Below, in pieces: positions 1 to 10,202 of a DNA stretch of 64,000 nucleotides (positions are counted from its first letter, which is position 1; the number at the start of each line of letters is the position of its first letter). This DNA is from Octopus sinensis. Taxonomy: Eukaryota. The notes beneath the pieces are model-generated. The model was not told the DNA's origin. It saw only the letters and a list, made by a program, of their open reading frames with translations, and did not search any database. The stretch covers positions 88,474,001 through 88,538,000 of the forward strand of contig NC_043003.1 of assembly GCF_006345805.1 (NCBI RefSeq), in the 5' to 3' direction. The translations under genes were made by a program, and so were the position numbers.

Positions 1-2195
1 AGTGAAAGCTGCATGTTTGATTTGTTCTGAAACAGTTGCTGTGTTCAAGGAATATAATTTGAAACGCCACTTTCAAACGAAGCACGCCAATTTTGGACAC
101 AATTTATCAAAACAAGAACTGCAAAAGAAAGCAAATGATCTGACAAAACGTTTGAAGCAACAGCAAAATGTGTTTGATAAAACTTCCTCTTTACAAAGGA
201 ACGCGACAAAGACAAGTTTTATATTGGCCAACAAAATTGCAAAGCAAAACAAGTCATTCGCAGAAGCAGAATTTATCAAAGATTGTATGGTTGATGCTGT
301 CAGCGTTGTGTGTCCTGAAGTTAAGTCAAAAGTAGAAGCCATTTCCCTGTCACGAAGAACTATTGTTCGTCGCATTGATGCAATTGCCGTGAATATTCAT
401 GAACAGCTGTTAACAGCCAGTGGTCGATTTCAGTGGTTTTTCTATTGCTTTAGATGAGAGTACTGATATTCAGGATACTGCTCAGTTACTCATTTACATC
501 AGAGGAATTGACGAAAACTTTGAAATTACAGAGGAATTGTTATCTATGGAGTCTCTCAAAGACACTACTACTGGAAAAGATTTGTTCAACAGTGTCATTA
601 ACAGTTCAATCAGGTCTGGATTAACCCTAAATAAACTGGCCAGCATTACAACCGATGGAGCTCCTTCACTCACCGGTAAATATTCCGGCCTTGTGAAGTT
701 GTTGAATGACAAAATCAAAGATTTTCCACTACACAGTGTGTTGTCTTTTCACTGCATCATACATCAAGAAAGCCTTTGTAAGTCATCTTTAAAACTCAAA
801 CATGTCATCGAACCTGTGGTGCGTGCAGTGAATTTAATAAGATCACGGGGATTGAAACACAGGCAATTCCGAAGTTTCTTGGAGGATGTGGAGGCTGATT
901 TTACTGATGTGCTGTACTACACAAATGTCCGCTGGTTAAGCATTGGAAAAGTTCTTAAGAGAGTATGGGACCTCAAAGCAGAGATTCTTATGTTTCTCAA
1001 AATGCAAGACATCTCCTGTGACTTTTTAAACGAAATGGAGAGTGACGAATGGGTTTGTGATTTTGCATTTGCTGTGGACATAATGCAGAAGCTGAATGAA
1101 CTTAACACAAAACTGCAAGGCAACGGTATATTTGCTCATGAATTGTACCTGGAAGTGAAAGCTTTTCAATGGAAGCTTGGACTTTTTGCCAAGCAGCTGA
1201 ATGAGCAAAAATTTATTCACTTCCCTCTGCTGAAAACACAGTCTGTTACACAAGAATCATCGGACAAGTACAGTTCCCAGTTGATGGCTTTACAAAAGGA
1301 ATTCATTAGAAGATTTGCTGATTTCAAGGCAGTTGAAGGCCTGTTCGATTTGCTTAACTCACCTCTTGTCTGTGACATTGAAACAACTACCGAGGAACTG
1401 CAGATAGAACTGATTCATTTGCAAGCCGACAATTCTTTAAAGATGATGTTTGAAAGTAAACCACTGGTCGAGTTTTATGCTTCTCTACATTCAAAAAAGT
1501 TTCAAAATCTTAAAAAATTTGCAAGAAAGATGTTTGTGTTGTTTGCATCAACTTACATATATGAGCAGACTTTCTCCATCATGAAAATTAACAAGGGGAA
1601 GAATCGATCACTTCTCACAGACTCAAATCTTCAGTCAGTGTTAAGAATCAGCACCAGCAACTTGACACCTAATTTTGACAAACTGGTAAATGACAGTAGT
1701 CAGCTGCATCATTCTCATTGACATTGTTATTTACAGAGCCGCTTTGTTTTTCAAATAAATGCTTCAGGTGACGTTTCTAATTTCAGATATCAATTCATAT
1801 TAATAAACTGTTATTTCTCTTTAAAATCTTTTATTTTGGGTATCCTAGAATTTAAGTATAATATTCATCATGGTTGTCCATAATATTAAGAGGTGGTTGT
1901 CCACAATTAGTTGGCAATTTGTAAGCAATAACAGGCTGTCCAAAATAACCGAGGTTCCTGTAATAATTTCAACTATAGGAGCAAATAACCGAAAACCATG
2001 AACCCGATACTCTAAAAAATAAATTAAATCACTTAAACCAGGAATATTTCACAAAATTTCCTTTCAATCAATTGTGTGTTTATAGGTCTATAACTGCCTT
2101 TAAAAATATTTTCACTTGATTTTTATAAATGAGGCCCGTCAAGGTTCCAAAGACGCACTGTGCGGCCCGTGATCAAAAAAGTTGGCCCACCCCTG
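1..2195 (+). mobile_element. hAT DNA transposon, Buster/Charlie/SPIN-like (GTF2IRD2-like); 5' end lies outside the window
   Basis: Transposase ORFs followed by a right TIR ...GGCCCGTGATCAAAAAAGTTGGCCCACCCCTG ending at 2195 (reverse CAGGGGTGGGCC). The next 8 bp, ACATATAC, fit the nnnTAnnn TSD pattern of Buster elements. Confidence 0.9.
2..1721 (+). pseudogene. hAT transposase split by one frameshift near 430
   Basis: N-terminal zinc-finger-like CLIC...EYNLKRHFQTKH; catalytic motifs SIALDESTD and ITTDGAPS; FHCIIHQE (CxxH); C-terminal STYIYEQTFS and RSLLTDSNL dimerisation region. ORFs 2-457 and 420-1721 overlap in different frames. Confidence 0.88.
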
Positions 2196-2611
2196 ACATA
2201 TACATATATGTGTACGAGTGTGTGTACATTTCCGTAGGTACATACTCCATGCAAGGGTACGCGTAACTCTCGAAAGATATAGGTCTCCACACCTATACGT
2301 TCGAAGATTCATTCATGCACACACGCAAAAAACCACATATACTAAATGTCTGTCTCGAATACGGTGATGTAACGATTATAAACAATTATAAATAAATTGT
2401 AAATAAATAATGATGTGTAAGGGTAAAGCAGAAAAAAATTAAAAGATGCGGCAAAATTAGAGAAAAATAAAAACAGAAATAAAAATAGGGAACAATAAAT
2501 TAAACAAAAACTTAGAGGATTAGAGATTAAGGAATTAAAAAGGTTAAGAAAGTAAAAAATAAAGGAGAAAATAAAGATAAAACGAAAATGAAGGTAAAAA
2601 GACGATAAAAA

Positions 2612-5600
2612 ATCATCATCATCATCATCATTTAACGTCCGTTCTCCATGCTAGCATGGGTTGGACGGTTCGACTGGGGATCTGGGAAGCCAGAAGGCTG
2701 CACCAGGCTCCAGTCTGATCTGGCAGTGTTTCTACAGCTGGATGCCCTTCCTAACGCCAACCACTCTATGAGTGTAGTAGGTGCTTTTTACGTGCCACCA
2801 GCACGGAAGCCAGTCAAGGCTATGCTGGCATCGGCCACGATTCGGATGGTGCTTTTTACGTGCCACCAGCATGGAAGACAGTCTGGCATCGGCCATGTTC
2901 AGATGGTGCTATTACGTGTCACCGTCTCAGGTATCACAACTGCAGTTTCTATTGATTTTGATGTTGGTGTACTTGACTCAATGCATCTTCTCAAGCACAG
3001 GGTCGAAATGGTGTCTCTTCACTTGCCACCTGCACAGGAGTCAGTCCAGCGGTCCTGGCAACTGCCGGGTGCCAGTCATAGGATTGACTCAATTTCGATT
3101 CCGATTTCACTTGCCCCAACAGGTCTTCGCAAGCAGAGTTTAGTGTCCAATGAAGGGAGGTTGGCATGGGTGCCTGTCGTCGGGTGAGGTTCGATTTCGA
3201 CTTCGCTTGCCTCAACAGGTCTTTGTGTGTCCAAGGGAGGAAAGACATGCATAAGTTGGCTGAACTCACTTGTCCTGCCAGGTCTTCTCCCGCACAGCAT
3301 ATTTCCAAAGGTCTCAGTTGCTAGTCATTGCCTCGGTGAGGCCTAAGTTCGAAGGTCGTGCTTCACCACCTTGTCCCAAGTTTTCCTGGGTCTACCTCTT
3401 CCATGGGTTCCTTCAACTGCTAGGGATTGGCACTTTTTCACACACCTATCTTCATCCATTCTCGCCACATGACCATACCAGCGCAATCGTCTCTCTTGCA
3501 CACCACAGCTGATGTTTCTTAGGTCCAACATTTCTCTCAAGGTATTAACACTCTGTCGAGTATGCACACTGACATTACACATCCATCGGAGCATACTGGC
3601 TTCATTCCTCGTGAGCTTACGCATGTCCTCAGCAGTCACGGCCCATGTTTCACTGCCATGTAGCGTGGCTGTTCGTACACATGTGTAATACAGTCTGCCT
3701 TTTACTCTGAGCGAGAGGCCCTTTGTCACCAGCAGAGGTAAGAGCTCTCTGAACTTTGCCCAGGCTATTCTTACTCTAGCAGTTACACTTCCAACACACC
3801 TGCCCCTGTTACTAACTTGGTTACCTAGGTAACGGAAGCTATTTCTAGTTTTTCTCCCTGGAATGTGGCGGAATTGGTCTCTGTGCATTTTCAGTGTTTA
3901 TTGCTCCTGAGCATCTGCCACATACAAAAACTATCTTCCTAGTTAGCCTTCCCTTGACGTTGCTGCACCTCTTATGTGTCCATAGCTTACACTTGGTGCA
4001 TCTTATAGAGTTTCTACCTACACCTTTTCTACAGATCGAGCAGGGCCATCTACCTGAAGGTTTGTCTACCTTCCTACTTATTAGGACTTTAGTTTTAGCT
4101 AGGTTGACTCTAAGGCCCCTCGATTCTAATCCCTCCTTCCACACCTGGAACTTCTTCTCCAGTTCTGATAGTGACTCAGCAATTAGAGCAAGGTCGTCAG
4201 CATAGAGGAGCTCCCAGGGGCATCCTGTCTTGAATTCCTCCGTTATTGCCTGGAGGACTATGATAAATAGGAGGGGGCTGAGGACTGAACCTTGGTGGAC
4301 CCCAACCTCTACCTTGAATTCTTCAGTGTACACGTTGCCAACCCTAACCTTACTTACAGCATCCCTGTACATGACTTGCACAGCTCTCACCAGCCATTCA
4401 TCTATCCCTAGTTTCCTCATTGACCATCAGATAAGGGATTGGGGGACCCTGTCGAAGGCTTTCTCCATGTCAATGAAAGCCAGGTACAGGGGCTTATATT
4501 TGGCTAGGTATTTCTCCTGCAGCTGTCTCACCAGAAATATGGTATCAGTGGTGCTTTTCCCTGGCACGAAACCAAACTGCATCTCATCCAAGTTGACTCT
4601 CTCCCTAATCAGTTGGGCTATGACCCGCTCCGTAACCTTCATTACCTGATCCAACAGCTTGATACCTCTGTAATTATTTGTATCTAGAGCGTCACCTTTA
4701 CCTTTGTAGCAGTTGACTATTATGCTGCTACACCAGTCATTGGGTATGACTCCTTCGTGTATCACCTGGTTAACTATACGGGTGACTAGGCTATAGCCGA
4801 CACTACCAGATATTTTAAGCATCTCTGAAGTAATTCCTGATGGGCCGAGGGCTTTCCCTGTCTTCATGCTTCTAATTGCCTTAACTACCAAAGAACTGTC
4901 AACTCGGATAGCTGGTCCCTCTGTTGGGTTGACATTCGGCAGACTCTCTTTATCCCATTCATTTTCTTTATTCAGCAACCTTTCAGTCTCCAAACCTCTC
5001 TCTTTGCAGCCTCATTTAGCGCAAGTGAACCGTCATCCATGCGAACACATTTCTCTCCTACCACATCTCGATTGTCTCTCACACACTGTCTTGCAACGTG
5101 AAATACCTCAAGTCTTTGGTCCTCACGGCACAGAACATTGGCAAATTTTTTCTTATCTGCTTCCCCTCTGGCTATATAAACCTGTCTCCTAGCTTCTCTT
5201 TTGGCAGTCTGATACAGTTCCCTGCTACCTCCGTTCTTCCAAGCCTGTTTCTTTTGTCTAATAGCCCTATCAACCACATTGTTCTACCACCACGTTACCT
5301 TGGGTCGAGTGGGGACTTTGCACCAGCTACAGATCTGGTCAGTGGCTCTCAGCAGGTTGTCCCATAGAAACCTCCAGTTGTCTTCCACATTATGTGATGC
5401 TATATCCCCTTCTATTTCATCAAGGGCTTCGAGTAATACGTTTCTAAATCTCTGTCCATTTGCAGGATCTTTAAGTTTCCAAACTCTTCTCCACCAGGCT
5501 GGTCTTGTTCTGGGCATCCATTCAGCCCCAATCCTGAAGTTGCTAACTACTAATCTATGTTGAGGGGTACATTCTTCGCCTGGGAAGGTTTTGGCATTTA

Positions 5601-6005
5601 TAAGCAGCCCTCTTTCCCTTTTTCTGGCGAGGATATAGTCAATTTGGCTGGTGTGTCTGCCAGAACGATAGGTGACTAGGTGACGGGCGGGTTTCCTGAA
5701 GTTAGTATAGCAAACCATAAGATCATTTGCATCGCAGAACTCCAGCAGTCTGGTTCCCTCCTCATTGAGGGAACCAAAACCATAGCCTCCATGTATGCCA
5801 TGGAAGTCCCCTGCACGTTGTCCAACATGTCCATTGAAATCACCAGCCACAAAAAGAAGGTCTCTGTCGTTCGTCGATGAGCTAGTCTGCAATAGGGTGT
5901 CATAGAATCAGTCTTTCTGCCCCTCTGGTAGCCCCGGCTGAGGGGCATAGGCCAAGATAATGGTAGCTGACCTATGGTGAAGCACTAAACTAATCTTAAG
6001 TACTC
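2612..6005 (-). mobile_element. RTE-clade LINE, 5'-truncated and degenerate (APE, RT, PHD-like insert, long 3' UTR, (GAT)n tail)
   Basis: Fragments GDFNGHVG/SQIDYIL (APE), NYRGIKLL, QFGFVPG, AFIDMEKAFD, VHQGSVLSP, LLYADD, RRLRWYGHV; (ATC)n tail at 2612 on the + strand. Confidence 0.93.
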
Positions 6006-6299
6006 TGTCACATGAAAAAATAAAGATAAAATCGGGCTGAAAGATTAAACTGAGACTAAACCTAAAAATAAAAATAACAATAAAAATAAAAGTAAAGGTG
6101 AATGTAAACGTAAAAAACCAGAAAGGTAGGAAAAATCAGAAAGGAAAGGGTGGAGTTAGGAAGACATAGGCAAGAAAAGGAGAAATTCGGGAACAATCAT
6201 AAGCGAAAAAAGAGAGGTGAGGGAGATAAAAAAGATTCAAGGAAATAGACTCAACATCAAAGTTAGAAGTGGAAAATGAGATGGGAAAAGTAATCGAGA

Positions 6300-8010
6300 A
6301 GTGCTGGAGTCAACAATGCTGTAAGTGGATATGAGGATATTACATTGGAGAGTTATGTATATGAGCCTAAGCCTTGTAATATTTGAAGGTTTTAGTCAAT
6401 TTATGCATACAAGAAGGTTTAAATTCAAATCTTTTATTAATTAATTTGTTTTTCTCCTTGAATTTAATGATATTCAGGAGTTCTACGCAACACAGTTGGC
6501 ACCCTGTTCTATTATTTCTATAAGGCGCAGCTGATCTGATAATGGACCACCTAAGGCTAAAATCTATACTATTGTCTTTAAGCTCCCAAATTTTTCTAGA
6601 TAAAGAGGTACTATTAGCCTTGTATCTGAGCCTAAAGGATGACCGGTGGTTATAGAATCTGGATTTCCAGGCGGATGAGCAACCAATGTAGGGAAGTGTG
6701 TTTAATTGGGTACTTACTTCACAGGAATAGATTACGTTTTTAGCTAAACATTTTCTGTGTAAGGGACATGCTGGTGCAATTGCGCAGTTGCATACGAATT
6801 TGCACTTCCCAGCCGTCTGTTATTAGTCCTAGGGCAGGTAATTTGTGTATGGTTACTGTGGAGGTTGCTATTGTAGAGGATGGAAGCTCTGCTAGTATTT
6901 TCGCCGTTGCTACTGTTATCACTATTGGTGCTCTTTAAGTTGTTTTGGTCTATCTTTCCTCTGCTTCGAGTCCTGATATTGGAACTGTGTTCTGCGTTGT
7001 TATTATTATTAATGCTAGTTATATAGCTATTACAATTGGTATAATTTAAGTTCACGATTATTATTCAATGTGGATTGAGCTATCACATTAAGCGTAGTAG
7101 CAGTATTATCTTCGTTAGATATACAGTTATTGTGTATAACGTTGCCTCTGTTGTTGTGATGGGTGTTGTTACTAGCAGTTTCGGTGTTACTGTTACTGTC
7201 CTGATTATTGTTATTATATTGACTATTACAATGGTTAAGGTTAAAGTTATGGGTTTGGCTGCTACTAATGCTAACGCCTGGATTGTTGGGGTTCGAGTGA
7301 TCATTATTATTTCTTCCTAATCTAGCTGTTCTAATTTTAATATTATTGTGTTTAGTTATGAGGCAGCTCATGTTGGGTAGAGTTGAGTAGGATATCCTAA
7401 TAGTTTTGTTTGAGAAGATGCTTCTATACTTATGGGTGGGTGGGAAGTTATTGGAAATTATTGAGAATATTTTATTACATAATTTACCCTTAACCGTTAT
7501 GTTATATGGTATAACATACCATATAACATATGGTATTTCCACCCCTATGTCCTCTAATATAATCGGTGTTACTCTCGTCGGAAGGGATTTCATTAACTAA
7601 TATTCTATTGGTTCGATTTCTTTCCATTTGTTTCTTAGTCCTGTTAGAAATTAAATTAGAATTTGTATTAGCTGAAGCCGTGTTGTTATTACCACTATTT
7701 AGTCTAATTTCGTTTAATTTTAAATGAATAGTTTTGGAATTCTTAGTTCGTTTATAAGGGGGAGTTTTATAGTTGACGGGTGTTCCTGGCGGTTCTTCAT
7801 AGGATTTTCTGCCGAAAGATATTTTCTGGGTGTACCCAGCATTAGAGAGGGACTGGTTATAGTGATGTGCATAATCATTGAATATATTCTTGTTAGAGGA
7901 TAACTTAGTTAATCTGTCAGAGACGGCTTGGACTGTGGTGTTAATTATACAGGGTGGGTGGTTGGAAGAAGTGCTAATATATCTAGTGGTTTCCTCGGGT
8001 TTCCTATAGG
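6300..8010 (-). mobile_element. Penelope-like element remnant (RT thumb, Asn-rich linker, GIY-YIG endonuclease)
   Basis: Minus-strand YPYRKPEETTRYISTSSNHPP near 7960-8010; NNFPPTHKYRSIFSNKTIRISYSTLPN (ORF 7030-7593); KNVIYSCEV...PYIGCSS near 6680-6750; SRKIWELK near 6580. Boundaries approximate. Confidence 0.85.
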
Positions 8011-8141
8011 GGTAGTGAAGGTGCTTGTTCTGTTATATTAATCATGCATTGATATAAGTTGTTCAATAAAGCCCGAAACATATGTAACGTAGAATCCTTT
8101 GCGTCCTGTTTTTCTTTTGATACATATATCCTATCATCTAT

Positions 8142-8493
8142 TGTGAAGGGAGCTGACTTCTCGTCGACAGCCATGATTGTCACATGCTGATGAAAGGTAA
8201 ACACCTTGAAACTCGGGTCCGTGTGTATCATGAGTTGAAGACGGGGAGGATGACTCCCCTTCACAAATACTGAGAGGACACAGATAGTGTGTCTATAGCC
8301 AGCTGGAGGAGATATCTTCCTGGGGCTACAAACTACAGTAGCATCCACCCTTAGGGGTTAGCCATATTCAAATGGCAAATATGCGTCACGGTGTGTTACC
8401 GCTACTGTTTATAACTCGCTCTGAGATTTATCATTGTTTGATTTCACTTTTTCAATATCAGTGTCAATCGACACTGGAAAAAGTATATGTATT
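8142..8493 (+). repeat. 352-bp hammerhead-containing tandem unit 1 (retrozyme-like); unit 2 starts at 8494
   Basis: TGTGAAGGGAGCTGACTTCTCGTCGAC recurs at 8142 and 8494. 8161-8390 matches 13834-14063 with 4 substitutions in 230 bp. Confidence 0.9.
8172..8232 (+). ncRNA. Type I hammerhead ribozyme, copy 1
   Basis: Stem I CACATG(8181-86)/CGTGTG(8220-25), extended by CATGAT/ATCATG across a bulge. Core CTGATGA 8187-93; stem II AAGGT-AAAC-ACCTT; GAAA 8208-11; stem III AC-TCGG-GT; GTC triplet 8217-19. Confidence 0.9.
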
Positions 8494-8751
8494 TGTGAAG
8501 GGAGCTGACTTCTCGTCGACAACCATGATTGTTATTCGTCTAGGGACCCCTCTTTCATCTGCGTTTTGAGAAATTTTGCTGCCTTTTTGTTGAGTGAGTT
8601 CGTATTTTTTGTTCGTCGTTGTTTGTGTTTACTCGTGAATTGAACAGTTGTCCGTTGTGTAACTGTAATTTTCGCCCTACGGGGCGGAAAATTCTGTGTC
8701 ATTACCTTTGAGGTAATTTTTTTTTAAACATTTGTTCTCATAATTTGAGAA

Positions 8752-10175
8752 ATGGAGTTCGACTTGGCGTCGAGGAGTGACTTTCCCGTGATGGGAAAAG
8801 GTGAACAAAAGGATACCGAAGTCAAAAAACAGTCTTTTTCGGCCGCAGTGGGCGGAACCGTAACGGATGTAGAATTTAAGATTGAACAGTTATTCGAATA
8901 CGGGAACTTGGTAAAAACCGAAGGAAATGAAATTAAACTGGTACCGCCGCAAGCGAAGATACAGGAAATAAAGGCAAAGACAGTTGTATACAAAGTTTAT
9001 TGCAACAAAGAAAAAAAAATAATGAATGTCAAGAACGAGATAGTAGAAAAGTGCTTGTCCCCGGTGTGGGACAAAATTCGCCACGTTGTTCGAGGTGCTC
9101 GCAGCGCTACCGTTGAAGCACATTTCGACTCGGCTGATGTGGCAAGAGAGGTGTCATCAATGACCTTGAAAAGTGAGGATATCATGTTGCTACCTTCGTA
9201 TATGGGGAAAAGATCAGCCAAACTACATGTAGAGGATATACCTAGAGGGTATGATATAATGTGGGTAGCAGCGGCAGTCCTGCACAACGTAGAGCGGGAA
9301 GTTTCAATTCTGCAGATGAGAAGGAAAGAGGAGGTGCACTGGAAAGGACAAACGCTAGAACTCCTCGTTCAAGCAGAAAATAAGATACTAGAAAACTTAC
9401 CCGATAGGGTATTTAATGAGGAGGGAACCTCAATGAGAGTGTCAGTGGAGGGGCGCAGACCTAGGTGCTTCAAATGTGGCGAAAAGGGTCACGTTCGCTC
9501 AAACTGCTTAAAAAAAAAGAAAATCAATGAAGCCCCTCCTCAAAGTGCTTCAAACACTGAAAAAGAAAAGGCGGAAAAAGAACCCAAGACTGCGACAAGG
9601 AAAGGAACCGAAACGGAAGATGAAAATGAACAGATGGAATATACACAGGTGACACACAAAAGAAAAAAAGATAACACCCTGGACAAACAAAGAAAAAATC
9701 AGCAAACACCGCAGAGATACATATAAAACAAATTCCCCAGCACCTACCCCCACGGCACTGTATTCATTGGAACACAGTTCGCCAAGCCCCTCCCCATAAA
9801 CAAGATTTGAAAAAATTGTTAAAAAAAAATGATAAGATTATAGCATTTGACGAGAAGAACGATAGGGTGTACAAGTATTTCAAATTTTCAAAATTTAAAC
9901 TATTCAGTAAGTCTACAGACACAAAATCAACCACTCACTTCGCAAAAATAAAGGAAGACGAGTGGAAGGAAAAAACACTACAAGAACATTTAAAGAATAA
10001 TCTTATAAGAGATGTAACGAAGGAAATACTGGAGGGTAAACTTATAACCTCGGCAACCACACCTACCCAGAGCCCGATGGCAACGCCGGTTAAGAGCCCT
10101 GCAGCTACGACCACAAGGGAGGGAGAAGGGGAAGCGGGCAGATTTAAACTGTCATGCTCCCTTTCTCAACCGTAA
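8752..10175 (+). pseudogene. Tx1 ORF1 (gag-like, CCHC zinc knuckle), one apparent frameshift near 9690
   Basis: RCFKCGEKGHVRSNC (CX2CX4HX4C). The 9807-10175 frame is open back to the A-run near 9690, so both pieces probably form one ORF. Confidence 0.8.
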
Positions 10176-10202
10176 GTTTATTTATTCTTTCTCTCTCCGA
10201 CA

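Noticed and set aside
2200-2380. Long minus-strand hairpin followed by ACGCGTA, resembling a hammerhead
   Set aside because: Neither CTGANGA nor GAAA is present at the required positions.
8004-8348. ORF MDATVVCSPRKISPP... repeated at 13815-14021
   Set aside because: It is the antisense reading of the hammerhead repeat; the duplication is explained by the tandem unit and there is no protein motif.
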